A DNA stretch of 64,000 nucleotides from Aulosira sp. ZfuVER01 (GCA_034530615.2 JAVRCV020000079.1:64001-128000); one strand, 5' to 3'; counted from the first letter of the stretch, positions 1 to 10,329 are shown. A program made the numbers and translations. The notes: generated by a model from the letters alone, not told the origin.

Positions 1-221
1 CCTGGACATGGAGTAGAGATACATGCTATATCACTACCACCTTCTTCACCTAAAGCCTTAGTACTGACACGATCGTCACCACCTTCTTCACCTAAAGCCA
101 AAGTAGTGAAAGTATCACTTCCGCCTTGAACTTGAGCAGCTTCTTCATCTGTTAGCGGTTCGGGAAAATCTAAGTCTATTGCTGCTAAGTCAGAAAGATT
201 TAGCCCAAAAGGATGATTCAT
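1..221 (-). CDS. Graspetide (omega-ester RiPP) precursor peptide, 3'-truncated by the window edge; not in the ORF track
   Basis: Manual translation from ATG at 221 (AGGAG RBS upstream): MNHPFGLNLSDLAAIDLDFPEPLTDEEAAQVQGG-SDTFTTLALGEEGG-DDRVSTKALGEEGG-SDIACISTPCP... Repeated (T/S)TxxxxEE cores; lies directly downstream of an ATP-grasp ligase on the same strand. Confidence 0.88.
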   Translation of the reverse strand, partial: MNHPFGLNLSDLAAIDLDFPEPLTDEEAAQVQGGSDTFTTLALGEEGGDDRVSTKALGEEGGSDIACISTPCP

Positions 222-461
222 AAATTTCTCCTATAATTTTAGACAATTCATCTATAAACTACTAATAATTTTAGCTGCCAGTAATTAAAAATTTCTACTT
301 CTAGCTGTATTTAATTAGTATTATTATATAATACTTAAAATTATTTTTTGTTAGAGCTATTTTGACTGATTTTTAGAAAAAAATTCTTAAACCTTTACAA
401 ATTGATCGTATAGCAGTCTGAGATATTTAAAAATCTTTTTTAAATTATATTTTCAATTAAC

Positions 462-1367
462 TTAATTCATCAATAAATTAATTAATGCCTCTGTAATAGG
501 AAAACCAGTTTGTTTTTCAAAATACAAAAACATGGGGCTGGGATTTGCTTCGAGGAATATGTATTCACCTGTTGGTTTTAAGCGCCAATCAATTGCTGTC
601 CACTCTAGCTTCAAAGCTTTAGTAATGGCTAGACACTGCTGTTTTACAGACTCAGGTAGTTCTAGGGGAATTAACTCAGCTTCTGTGTCTTCGCGAAAAT
701 CTAAAGCAGCACTACGGATTTCGGCAGAGTAAACTGCATCAGCTATGACATAGCTACGAATGTTTGTGCCAAGAATGTATTCTTGGAGAGTAACAGGCGA
801 AATTTTTAGGGACAAATTCAATCGTTTAGATTCTAAATGAGACTCTGTAACTAACTGGGTATGAGCGCCACCATACACAGGTTTAAAAATCGTTTTCTCC
901 TGAGATTTAGCAAACTCTGTAATTTCTTTTGTATCGTTACTAATCAGAGTGGCTGGAATGTTGACTCCAATTTGTTTAACTGCTCTCAGTTGTAAGGGTT
1001 TCTCTTTATGAAATTCGTAAGCTTGCCAAGAATTTACCCAGCGGCATGGACAAGCTTGCATGAGCGATCGCAATGTACTCATTGAATCATTCATAGCGAT
1101 TCTTTGTTGTTCGGCATCCTGTAAATCAGGAATATAAACCCCAGTCAACTGACGCCAAAATACACTTTTAATATCTGTGAAATTTAAACGATGCTCTCCT
1201 GGTAAAAAGAATGTTCCCATTTCCGTATCGGGTCGCCAAGACATTTGCAACTGAGAGGGAAATAGAGCAGTATCTAAATAATCTACTGTTGCGCCTGCTT
1301 GTGTTAGAGCTTGTTTGATATGTGCAGCATGTGCATCTTCCGCATTACCCAAAATTAAAATATTCAT
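462..1367 (-). CDS. RimK-family ATP-grasp ligase (probable graspetide synthetase)
   Basis: ATP-grasp motifs: EKPLQL, IPATLISN, IFKPVYGG, LQEYI, DFR, AIDW, FLEANP; adjacent to the precursor. Confidence 0.88.
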   Translation of the reverse strand: MNILILGNAEDAHAAHIKQALTQAGATVDYLDTALFPSQLQMSWRPDTEMGTFFLPGEHRLNFTDIKSVFWRQLTGVYIPDLQDAEQQRIAMNDSMSTLRSLMQACPCRWVNSWQAYEFHKEKPLQLRAVKQIGVNIPATLISNDTKEITEFAKSQEKTIFKPVYGGAHTQLVTESHLESKRLNLSLKISPVTLQEYILGTNIRSYVIADAVYSAEIRSAALDFREDTEAELIPLELPESVKQQCLAITKALKLEWTAIDWRLKPTGEYIFLEANPSPMFLYFEKQTGFPITEALINLLMN

Positions 1368-1937
1368 CTGTTTTGAAATAGTGACGAGAAGCTAGGTAAT
1401 ATATAACCAAGAATTAATCCTAATTCTTAACAAGATAACCAATTATCTATAGTAAATAAGATTTGAGGTTATACATTAAATTTTTCTTTAATTTAAAATC
1501 TAACTGTTTTGCTCACAATTTTGTGGTCATTGTGGCGTAAAAATGCTGACTAATTGTAAGTTTATATGGTAAATGCCGCTTAAATCTACATGGAAGGCAA
1601 AACAAAATCTGTTTCTCAGCGTTTATGGAAGAATCAAAAGTTTGGATAAGTTTGTAGTGAGTTAGCGCGGTGAGTCCAGCACTGCGGGAAGCTGCTTCGC
1701 GTCTACAGTGCTGGAAAATACAGGAATAAAGTCCTGACTCCAAACTTATTTCAATCCTCAGAGCTAATGAATTCCGATTCGGCTATAGTAGCTTAAAGAC
1801 ACATCTCCCCGATCTCCTCAGCCTATTGGCCGGAGATTATGCCATCTTGTCTTCAATTGGATACTATTGATGCTAGATAATGGGAAAGCTTTGACATTTA
1901 CTTGCCCATCTAGAGCGGAAGAACAGAATTAACTACT

Positions 1938-3725
1938 ATGCGAACTCACTATTGCGGCGCACTCCGAAAAGAAGATATTGGAGAAACTGTTACCTTGTAC
2001 GGATGGGTAGACCGTCGCCGCGATCATGGGGGCGTGATATTTTTAGATTTGCGCGATCGCTCTGGCATTGTCCAAATTGTTAGCGATCCGCAACGCACCC
2101 CAGATTCCTATGCGCAGGCGAATGCTCTGCGGAATGAATACGTTGTCGAAATTACTGGTAGGGTGACGCAACGTCCCGACGAATCCCTAAATCCTCGCTT
2201 ACCCACAGGCGAAGTAGAAATCTACGCGGATAAGATTGAATTGCTCAACGGTGTCCGCAAACAATTACCTTTCCAAGTTTCCACAGCTGACACTGAGACG
2301 GTGCGGGAAGACTTGCGGCTGAAGTATCGGTACTTAGATTTGCGCCGCGAACGGATGGCGCGCAACATGCAATTGCGTCATCAAGTTGTTAAATCCATGC
2401 GCCGCTACTTGGAAGACGTAGAAGGTTTTATTGAAATTGAAACCCCTATACTTACCCGTTCTACCCCAGAAGGAGCGCGGGATTACATCCTCCCCAGTCG
2501 CGTCAACCCTGGTGAGTGGTTTGCTTTACCGCAATCACCGCAGCTATTTAAACAATTGCTGATGGTATCTGGTATGGACAGATACTATCAGATTGCTCGT
2601 TGCTTCCGCGATGAAGACTTACGCGCCGACAGACAGCCAGAATTTACTCAGTTGGACATGGAAATGAGTTTCATGTCTCAAGAAGAAATTATCGAACTCA
2701 ATGAGAAGTTAGTTTCTTATATTTTCAAAAGCGTCAAAGGAATTGAGTTACATCATCCTTTCCCCCGTCTTACCTACGCCGAAGCGATGGAACGCTATGG
2801 TAGTGATAAACCAGATACCCGCTACGGTTTGGAACTAGTTAATGTCTCTGATGTCTTAAAAGATTCTGGCTTCAAAGTCTTTCGCGATGCTGTAGCCAAC
2901 GGTGGTATAGTTAAAATTCTGCCTATTCCCAATGGTAACGATGCAATTTCCAATGTCCGCATCAAACCAGGCGGCGACATCTTTAAAGAAGCCAGTGAAG
3001 CAGGGGCTAAGGGTTTAGCTTACATCCGCGTCAGGGAAGATGGTGAAATTGACACCATTGGCGCAATTAAAGACAACCTCAGCGCCGAACAAAAAGCAGA
3101 AATTTTACGCCGTACAGGTGCAAAAGCTGGTCATTTGTTGCTATTTGGGGCTGGCGATGCGCCTACAGTTAATAAAACTCTAGATAGATTGCGCCAATTT
3201 GTTGCTAAGGAGTTTGGGTTAATCGATCCTGAAAAAATCAACTTGCTCTGGATTACCGATTTCCCCATGTTCGAGTGGAATGCTGATGAAAAACGCTTAG
3301 AAGCATTGCATCACCCATTTACTGCACCCCATCCAGATGATTTGCATGACTTAAAAACAGCCCGCGCCCAAGCTTACGATTTAGTATTCAATGGCTTTGA
3401 AGTTGGCGGTGGTAGTCGGCGGATTTATCAGCGAGATATTCAAGAACAAGTGTTTGAAGCTATAGGTTTATCTCCCGAAGAAGCACAAAATAAATTTGGC
3501 TTTCTCTTGGAAGCATTTGAATATGGTACACCCCCTCATGGTGGCATCGCCTATGGTTTAGATCGGTTGGTGATGTTATTCGCTGGGGAAGAATCTATTC
3601 GGGATGTCATCGCTTTTCCGAAGACACAGCAAGCCCGTTGTCTGTTGACGGATGCGCCTTCTGGAGTAGATGCGAAGCAGTTGAAAGAATTGCACGTTGC
3701 TTCCACTCACAAGCCAAAAACTTAG
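1938..3725 (+). CDS. aspS: Aspartate--tRNA ligase
   Basis: MRTHYCG N-terminus, [45 protein letters not shown]. Confidence 0.98.
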   Translation: MRTHYCGALRKEDIGETVTLYGWVDRRRDHGGVIFLDLRDRSGIVQIVSDPQRTPDSYAQANALRNEYVVEITGRVTQRPDESLNPRLPTGEVEIYADKIELLNGVRKQLPFQVSTADTETVREDLRLKYRYLDLRRERMARNMQLRHQVVKSMRRYLEDVEGFIEIETPILTRSTPEGARDYILPSRVNPGEWFALPQSPQLFKQLLMVSGMDRYYQIARCFRDEDLRADRQPEFTQLDMEMSFMSQEEIIELNEKLVSYIFKSVKGIELHHPFPRLTYAEAMERYGSDKPDTRYGLELVNVSDVLKDSGFKVFRDAVANGGIVKILPIPNGNDAISNVRIKPGGDIFKEASEAGAKGLAYIRVREDGEIDTIGAIKDNLSAEQKAEILRRTGAKAGHLLLFGAGDAPTVNKTLDRLRQFVAKEFGLIDPEKINLLWITDFPMFEWNADEKRLEALHHPFTAPHPDDLHDLKTARAQAYDLVFNGFEVGGGSRRIYQRDIQEQVFEAIGLSPEEAQNKFGFLLEAFEYGTPPHGGIAYGLDRLVMLFAGEESIRDVIAFPKTQQARCLLTDAPSGVDAKQLKELHVASTHKPKT

Positions 3726-3975
3726 GCAATAATTCGTAATTCGTAGTTGCAATCAGTGCTTGCTCTGTCCTTGCACGTAGAAGCGCCAGGTTCATTAAAA
3801 ATTTAGTGGTTGTTCTGTTCCACTTAATTACGAATTACGAATTAAACCTCATTAAGAACAAGGAACAGGGAAGAGCATAGGATTGGGGAGTAAAACCCGA
3901 TCGAGAAAAAACTATGGGTTTCAAAATAGACGCAGTTTACTAAGTATTTGCTGCTATTGCCCAATGACTATTGAC

Positions 3976-4001
3976 AAATAAAAACCCGCTACGGCGGGTT
4001 T
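3976..4001 (-). terminator. Rho-independent terminator downstream of pirA
   Basis: AAACCCGC-cgta-GCGGGTTT stem followed by a T-run on the minus strand. Confidence 0.8.
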
Positions 4002-4035
4002 ACACACAACAAAACTATAACTCTGAAGATTTGAT

Positions 4036-4191
4036 TTAAGCGTAGTACCGCATTTCATCTTCCAATTGGCGAACTAGTTTGTCGTCGCCCTTGGCTCTGG
4101 CTACTTGCAAACGACGTTCTATATCTCTTTGAATATTTTGTCTGTGAGCTTCTTTAGCTTTATTAGCAGCTTGTAGTCTAGTTGTATTCAT
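4036..4191 (-). CDS. pirA: PII-interacting regulator of arginine synthesis PirA-like small protein (51 aa from MNTTRL)
   Basis: HRQNIQRDIERRLQVARAKGDDKLVRQLE matches my recollection of the PirA/Ssr0692 pattern; 51-aa length; NtcA box upstream. Confidence 0.75.
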   Translation of the reverse strand: MNTTRLQAANKAKEAHRQNIQRDIERRLQVARAKGDDKLVRQLEDEMRYYA

Positions 4192-4235
4192 AATGATTAC
4201 CTGGTTATCTGTCATCATCTTTGTCTTGTCTTCTT

Positions 4236-4266
4236 AATATAGCACAAATTTCGTAGTCTTTGTTAC
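4236..4266 (-). promoter_or_regulatory. pirA promoter: extended -10 (TGcTATATT, 4244-4236) and NtcA box GTA-N8-TAC (4253-4266) in a repressor-type position
   Basis: GTAGTCTTTGTTAC read directly; only 11 nt from the -10 hexamer, whereas activator sites are typically ~22 nt away. Confidence 0.7.
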
Positions 4267-4315
4267 AGAAAAATCTGCTTTATTATATATTTATAGATAC
4301 ACATCGTGTATACCA

Positions 4316-5158
4316 ATGGATTCACTACAAATCCTTGATGCCAAAGCAAGTATCCTCACCTTAATGAGCGATTTTGGCGATCGCGATGTGTATGTGGGTG
4401 TAATGAAAGGAGCGATCGCCCAAATCAACCCCAAGCTTACGGTGATAGACTTGACTCACCAGATTCCGCCACAAAGTATTGCCGCCGCTAGGTTTTGCTT
4501 AATGAATGCTTATGCTTATTTCCCTATGGGGACAGTGCATATAGCTGTGGTAGATCCGGGAGTGGGAAGCAAGCGACGCGCGATCGCAGTAGAATTTGCC
4601 CAAGGATTTCTAGTAGGGCCAGATAATGGCATCTTCAGTGGAATACTCAGTCAAAATCCCGCGATCGCAGCGGTTGAGTTAACAAATCGTAACTATTGGC
4701 GAACCTCCCAACCCAGCAGTACATTCCACGGTAGAGATATCTTTGCACCAGTGGGAGCTAATCTTGCTAGTGGTGTACCCATCCAAGAGCTAGGACAAGA
4801 AATAGATGCGGCAACTTTGGTACAGCTAAATTTAGGTGAATGCCAAAAAACAACAACTGGTGTAGTAGGTTGTATTCAATATATTGACCACTTCGGCAAC
4901 TTAGTCAGCAACATTCCTGGAGATTATGTCCAAGGTAAAACCTGGTGCGTACAAGTTCGTAGTTTGACTATACCAGGGTGTGCGACTTACAGCGATGTCG
5001 AGGTTGGAGAGGCGATCGCTTTAGTTGGAAGTCACGGTTGGGTAGAAATTGCCATCAATAGCGGTAATGCCAATTCACAATTACAGATCGAGTTGCAAGA
5101 TAGTCTAGAAGTCACGTCGCTTCACTCCGAATTCAAAATTAATGACGCCTATAAATAA
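4316..5158 (+). CDS. SAM hydrolase / SAM-dependent halogenase family (DUF62) protein
   Basis: SDFG, DLTH, VVDPGVG, GPDNG, STFHGRDIFAP, IDHFGN motifs. Confidence 0.92.
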   Translation: MDSLQILDAKASILTLMSDFGDRDVYVGVMKGAIAQINPKLTVIDLTHQIPPQSIAAARFCLMNAYAYFPMGTVHIAVVDPGVGSKRRAIAVEFAQGFLVGPDNGIFSGILSQNPAIAAVELTNRNYWRTSQPSSTFHGRDIFAPVGANLASGVPIQELGQEIDAATLVQLNLGECQKTTTGVVGCIQYIDHFGNLVSNIPGDYVQGKTWCVQVRSLTIPGCATYSDVEVGEAIALVGSHGWVEIAINSGNANSQLQIELQDSLEVTSLHSEFKINDAYK

Positions 5159-5186
5159 ATTGCGCTGTGGTTGAAGCTGCGATCGC

Positions 5187-5726
5187 CTAATGCACAGGAC
5201 AAGTGATAATGCATCCTTGCGGCCATATCGATAACAGGTCTTCTCTCACCCAACCAGTAACATTATTTGGGAACTTAATGCGATACCAACGATATTGACC
5301 TGCTTGTTGATAGGAATCTTCAACAGTTACCAAATCACCTGACAGCGCATTATGTAGAACTTTGCTTTTTAAGTTGGGAGACGAACGTACATTAATTTTA
5401 TATCCGCGCTCCCCAGCAATGGTTGCATAACGCTTCTTGCTCGACTTAAAGCTGACTAAATCGCTCCGTATCCAACCGCTTGCTGTCCCTTCCACCTTTG
5501 GTTGGACAAAGTACCAGTAATCGCCATCATCTCCAACTGTAATATTCAAAACTTCAACATTACTGTCCAATGGTAAAATTTCCTCTACGCTTGCTGTCAA
5601 AGATGCACTTGTTCGCAGATTACTTCTACTTGTCAAGGTCGCCGGACGAGCCATTGCAGGTAATATTCCAGCCATCAATGTTGCAAAAGTCAACAATCCC
5701 GCTGTCAACTTTGTCATTAAACTCAT
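5187..5726 (-). CDS. Secreted protein with two bacterial SH3 domains
   Basis: N-terminal signal peptide; two N(L/V)R...WY...GW(I/V)R repeats. Confidence 0.8.
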   Translation of the reverse strand: MSLMTKLTAGLLTFATLMAGILPAMARPATLTSRSNLRTSASLTASVEEILPLDSNVEVLNITVGDDGDYWYFVQPKVEGTASGWIRSDLVSFKSSKKRYATIAGERGYKINVRSSPNLKSKVLHNALSGDLVTVEDSYQQAGQYRWYRIKFPNNVTGWVREDLLSIWPQGCIITCPVH

Positions 5727-6388
5727 ATATTCTCCAAAAGCCAGGTGATTAAAAAGTATAAAATTGAACTTTTAGCAACTTGAACTAAATACAAATACAT
5801 AACCAATCAAAGATTTTCCGAAAAAGTTGAGTTTTCTTTGAAGATGCGTTTGATATCATGTCCGCTGAATTAATTGCGTTATGTCCGTCGCAAGTGCAAC
5901 GTAGACGTGGAGCGGCTTCCCATTCGCCGTTAGGCGTTCTTGTAGGGTAGGGAAGCAATCCCAAGACAAACAGCGCGAGTAGCAAAGGCAGCCTTTCCCA
6001 AAAGCAACGTCTACATGAAGATGTATGAGCATAGCCACTTCCGAGATGAGCATAGTGGCTTCCGAAGTTAGAGTTGTGGCGAACGCTTATATATTAGTAA
6101 CTAATGCTTAAACAAAACTTATGAATAATGCGTAATTAGAAAAATTCTCAAGACCTGCTTTAAATGGCTATAAACTCAGCGATCGCATACTCTACTTGTC
6201 AAAGAATTTTAGCAGCGTGCGTAGACATCGCTCTTTTTTCAAAATTGCGATCGCCTTTTAATTCAGCTATGAGGTTTGCGATCGCTTTTTTGACGCAGTT
6301 ACACTCAGAACTGACTAAACCCGTATATTTTTTGATGTAGACGGCAAAAAACGATATCTTCAGAAATTGGATGCTGGATTTTCCTTGC

Positions 6389-6417
6389 CCAATGCCCAAT
6401 GCCCCATGCCCCATCCC
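6389..6417. repeat. STRR heptamer tandem repeat (CCAATGC/CCCATGC)
   Basis: Direct 7-bp repeats; related arrays at ~12575-12607, ~14685-14745 and ~26945-26961. Confidence 0.8.
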
Positions 6418-6418
6418 T

Positions 6419-7483
6419 ATGACCAACTATTTCCGTTCTAATATTGATGCAATGGCTAGCTATGTCCCTGGCGAACAGCCGCCACGGGGGACACCAGTTA
6501 TCAAACTCAACAGCAACGAAAACGCTTATCCTCCCTCACCTGCGGCATTAGAAGTCCTGCGCAGTATTGATGGCGAATGGTTGCGACGCTATCCAGAACC
6601 CTTTGGCGGAGAATTTCGGCAAGCTGCAAGTAAAGTTTTAGGGGTTCCTAGCGATTGGATTGTTGTAGGTAATGGCAGTGACGAAATTTTAAGTATCGTC
6701 ATACGTGCTTGTACTGAAGCAGGACGTAAGGTAGTCTATCCTATGCCTACTTATGTGCTATATCGCACGTTAACAGAAATGCAGGCAGCAGATATTTTAG
6801 AAATTCCCTACCCAGAAGATTATAGTTTACCCTTGCAAGAACTAATTGCTGCTGATGGAGCAGTAACATTTATTGCCTCACCTAATAGTCCATCAGGTCA
6901 TGTAGTCCCAACTGAGGATCTGCGAAAATTAGCCAGTCAGTTATCTGGGGTTTTAGTAATTGATGAAGCCTACGTAGACTTTGCCGCAGAAAATGCTTTA
7001 GATTTAGTGCAGGAATACGAAAACGTCATCATTATTCGCACGCTTTCCAAAGGTTACTCCTTAGCTGGGTTGAGGTTAGGGTTTGGCGTAGCAAATCCCC
7101 AGTTATTGGATGGGTTGTTTAAGGTAAAAGATAGCTATAACATAGATGCGATCGCCTGTGCAGTTGCAACTGCTGCCATCACCGATCAAGCTTATAAAAA
7201 CGCTTGCGTAGCCAAGATTAAAGCCTCCAGAACTCAGCTAGCATCCGACTTAAAACAATTAGGTTTCCGTGTTTGGGACTCTCAAACTAATTTTTTATTA
7301 GCCCAACCTCCTCAAGGAAATGCAGAATACCTCTATCAAAAACTCAAAGAACAGAAAATTTTAATTCGCTACTTCAAACAGCCAGGATTGGAAGATAAAT
7401 TACGCATCACTGTTGGCACTGATGAACAGAATCACACTTTGGTGCAGGCGTTGAATAATTTGCTGGAAACTAGCAGATATTAA
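6419..7483 (+). CDS. hisC: Histidinol-phosphate aminotransferase
   Basis: YVPGEQP, KLNSNEN, GNGSDE, SPNSPSG, IDEAY, RTLSKGYSLAGLRLG; true start is probably ATG 6419, after the STRR repeats. Confidence 0.93.
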   Translation: MTNYFRSNIDAMASYVPGEQPPRGTPVIKLNSNENAYPPSPAALEVLRSIDGEWLRRYPEPFGGEFRQAASKVLGVPSDWIVVGNGSDEILSIVIRACTEAGRKVVYPMPTYVLYRTLTEMQAADILEIPYPEDYSLPLQELIAADGAVTFIASPNSPSGHVVPTEDLRKLASQLSGVLVIDEAYVDFAAENALDLVQEYENVIIIRTLSKGYSLAGLRLGFGVANPQLLDGLFKVKDSYNIDAIACAVATAAITDQAYKNACVAKIKASRTQLASDLKQLGFRVWDSQTNFLLAQPPQGNAEYLYQKLKEQKILIRYFKQPGLEDKLRITVGTDEQNHTLVQALNNLLETSRY

Positions 7484-7607
7484 GTTAAAAGACAGAAATT
7501 TTTCATTTAGACTTCTGGCAAGCGCAAATTGCCTTAATTTACGTGAATTTAAGTATTTTTGAGGTAGCGAAACTAGTTTATTCGGTTTAAGACAGTTAAG
7601 GGCATCT

Positions 7608-8396
7608 ATGGTAAACGAGTCCATGTTTTCAGATATTCAAAACCATTGGGCAAAAACATCGATTCTTGCTGCCGCCCAGCGCAATATATTAAAAGGTTAT
7701 CCAGATGGTACTTTTCGCCCTGCTGCACCTGTGACTCGTGCTGAATTTGCGGCGATTATTTCGATTGGCTTACCAAAACAGCCGTCATCTCGTCCTGAAA
7801 TTAGCTTTAGCGATGTACCAGCTACTCACTGGGCGGTTAAGGCAATAGCCGAAGCATATCAGGCAAATTATCTGTCTGGATATCCCAATCGGATGTTCAA
7901 ACCTAATGAATTAATTCCGCGCGTGCAAGCTTTAACGGCTTTAGCTTCAGGTTTGAATTATGGCGTAACAGCAGACCCGATAAATACTGTGAAAAAATAT
8001 TATGATGATTTCGGGCAAATTCCCGGTTATGCTACACGTGCGATCGCAGCTGCAACAGAAAAGGGCATTGTTGTTAACTATCCAAACGTTAAACGCTTGC
8101 AGCCTAATCAAAATATTACAAGAGGCGAAATAGCCGCCTTGATTTGTCGAGTTCTGGAAATTCCTACTGTACCTCACAAGTATATTCTTGGTATAGAATT
8201 ATTCGTGATTCCACCACAATTTGACACTGCCGATGCTTTTGTAGAAGGTATGGCACGAGTGCAAATTAATAATAAGTGGGGATATATCGACAAAACCGGA
8301 AAATTTGTGATTCCGCCACAATTTGAGGAAGTTCATCCTTTTTCCGAAGGATTAGCATTAGTCCGAGAAAATCTCAATAAATCAAGCGCAACCTAA
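7608..8396 (+). CDS. S-layer homology (SLH) domain protein with C-terminal WG repeats
   Basis: FSDIQNHWA, GYPDGTFRP..TRAE, three SLH-like units; KWGYIDKTG WG repeat. Confidence 0.88.
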   Translation: MVNESMFSDIQNHWAKTSILAAAQRNILKGYPDGTFRPAAPVTRAEFAAIISIGLPKQPSSRPEISFSDVPATHWAVKAIAEAYQANYLSGYPNRMFKPNELIPRVQALTALASGLNYGVTADPINTVKKYYDDFGQIPGYATRAIAAATEKGIVVNYPNVKRLQPNQNITRGEIAALICRVLEIPTVPHKYILGIELFVIPPQFDTADAFVEGMARVQINNKWGYIDKTGKFVIPPQFEEVHPFSEGLALVRENLNKSSAT

Positions 8397-8399
8397 TTC

Positions 8400-10292
8400 A
8401 TGGAAATTCGTGGTATTTGGCTGACTACAACAGCTAGCAAAGTCTTTAACTCCAAACAAAATATTGCCGAAGCGATGAACTTTCTCGCTGAAACTGGATT
8501 TAATGTAGTGTTTCCTGTTGTTTGGAATAACGGCCTCACCACTTATCCTAGTCGAGTGATGCGAGAGAACTTTGGCATGGAAATAAATCCGCAATTTAAA
8601 GGTAGAGATCCTTTAGCCGAATTAGTTGTTGAAGCCAAACGAGTTAATCTTGCTGTCATCCCTTGGTTTGAATATGGCTTTGCTAGTTCTTATCAAAAAA
8701 ATGGTGGTACAATTATCGCCAAAAAACCAGAATGGGCAGCGCGAGACTATGCTGGTAATTTACTGACTAAAAATGGTTTTGAGTGGCTTAATGCTTTTGA
8801 TAGCGAAGTGCAAAACTTTTTATTAAGTTTATTTTTAGAAGTCGTTAAAAACTATCAAGTTGATGGTATTCAAGGAGACGATCGCTTTCCTGCTTTACCA
8901 AGTGAAGGTGGTTACGATCAAAAAACTGTGGAACGCTATCGCCAAGAATTTAATCAACTACCACCACAAAATTCCAAAGATCCACAATGGTTAAGGTGGC
9001 GGGCAGATATTCTTTCCAATTTTTTAACCCGCGTCTACCGTGAAGTTATTAATATCAATCCTGAATTAATTATCTCAATGGCTCCAAGTGCTTATCCTTG
9101 GAGTTATGAAAACTACCTCCAAGATTCTCAAGCTTGGGTTAACCTTGGGTTAGTCGATTTAATTCATCCCCAGTTATATTGGCGAGAATTTGAACTTTAC
9201 CAGAGAGATATAAATCGGCTTATCGCTAATCAATTTACGCAACAACAATTACCACAACTAATTCCTGGTGTGCTGTTAAAGCAAAATACATATCGGATAG
9301 ATCCAGCACATTTAACCCAAGCACTAAACTATAACCGTTCTGTTGGTATTCAAGGGGAAGTTTTCTTTTTCTATGAAGCCTTGCTAGAAGAAGATAAGCT
9401 TTTAGCTAAATTGCTCAAATCTGAATTCTATTCTAAAACTCCGAGAAACCTTGACATCAAAGCAATTAAAAATAATAGCTTTACCCATCGACGCATCAAT
9501 AGTAACTATGCTTACATCCATACATCGCAGCCAATTAACTTAAAGATACAATTTGATTGGGTTGAGCCATTCTCTGAAGGTATGGCAGTCGTCAAGATGG
9601 GTTACAAATACGGTTACATTGATAAAACAGGTCAACTTGTCAGCCGCCTTCAGTTTGATACTGCCGAACCTTTTACCGAAGGACTAGCCTTGGTAAGATT
9701 TAATAATAAATATGGCTATATCGATAAAACTGCTAACTGGATAATTAAGCCACAATTTGATTATGCTAAATCATTCTCTCAAGGACTGGCAGCCATAAAA
9801 TTAGCTAGTACATGGGGATATATAGATAAAACAGGTCAAATTATTATTGCTGCCAAATATGATGATGTCAAATCATTCTCTGAAGACTTAGCAGCCGTAA
9901 AATTAGCTAATAAATGGGGATATATAGATAAAACGGACAACATTATCATTCAAATTCAGTTAGATGATGCTACCAGCTTTTCTGAAGGTTTAGCCTTAGT
10001 TAAAATTGCTAATAAATTAGGTTATATAAATAAAACTGGAGAATTTGTTATCGAGCCGCAATTTTACGAAGCCGATATTTTTTCAGAAGGATTAGCCCCT
10101 GCCAAAATGGGAGGTAAATGGGGATATATTAATCAGTTTGGTGAGTTTATCATTCCCCGAGATTACGATTTTGCTAAACCTTTTGCAGAAGGCGTAGCAT
10201 TAGTTAACGTTGGTGGAGAGTTAAAACAAGATCCGGCACAAGGAACAGCCTACTTTACAGGTGGTAAATGGGGATATATTCGCAAGCCCTAA
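8400..10292 (+). CDS. Glycoside hydrolase-like 10 (DUF187) domain plus WG repeats
   Basis: EIRGIWL, IPWFEYG, VDGIQGDD, IHPQLY; multiple FSEGLA..K.GYIDK repeats. Confidence 0.88.
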   Translation: MEIRGIWLTTTASKVFNSKQNIAEAMNFLAETGFNVVFPVVWNNGLTTYPSRVMRENFGMEINPQFKGRDPLAELVVEAKRVNLAVIPWFEYGFASSYQKNGGTIIAKKPEWAARDYAGNLLTKNGFEWLNAFDSEVQNFLLSLFLEVVKNYQVDGIQGDDRFPALPSEGGYDQKTVERYRQEFNQLPPQNSKDPQWLRWRADILSNFLTRVYREVININPELIISMAPSAYPWSYENYLQDSQAWVNLGLVDLIHPQLYWREFELYQRDINRLIANQFTQQQLPQLIPGVLLKQNTYRIDPAHLTQALNYNRSVGIQGEVFFFYEALLEEDKLLAKLLKSEFYSKTPRNLDIKAIKNNSFTHRRINSNYAYIHTSQPINLKIQFDWVEPFSEGMAVVKMGYKYGYIDKTGQLVSRLQFDTAEPFTEGLALVRFNNKYGYIDKTANWIIKPQFDYAKSFSQGLAAIKLASTWGYIDKTGQIIIAAKYDDVKSFSEDLAAVKLANKWGYIDKTDNIIIQIQLDDATSFSEGLALVKIANKLGYINKTGEFVIEPQFYEADIFSEGLAPAKMGGKWGYINQFGEFIIPRDYDFAKPFAEGVALVNVGGELKQDPAQGTAYFTGGKWGYIRKP

Positions 10293-10329
10293 AAACATCT
10301 TGATTTGCTGGCTGGAAAAGAAGGCAAAA

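Noticed and set aside
1..1367. Microviridin cluster
   Set aside because: No TxKYPSD core or PFFARFL leader, and only one ligase is visible; the cores are TTxxxxEE type.
1740..1870. Possible sRNA or riboswitch upstream of aspS
   Set aside because: Only weak hairpin potential; no recognisable T-box or other family motif. An Rfam scan would be needed.
4316..5158. Fluorinase/chlorinase implying halogenated metabolite biosynthesis
   Set aside because: The FHGRD motif is typical of the common SAM-hydrolysing DUF62 subgroup, and the gene is far from the biosynthetic clusters.
5785..6053. Small Cys-containing ORFs upstream of the SH3 gene
   Set aside because: They are translations of dispersed repeat sequence; no RBS or family features.
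6371..6418. N-terminal extension of HisC (MLDFPCPMPNAPCPIP)
   Set aside because: It is the translation of an STRR repeat; the conserved protein starts at ATG 6419.
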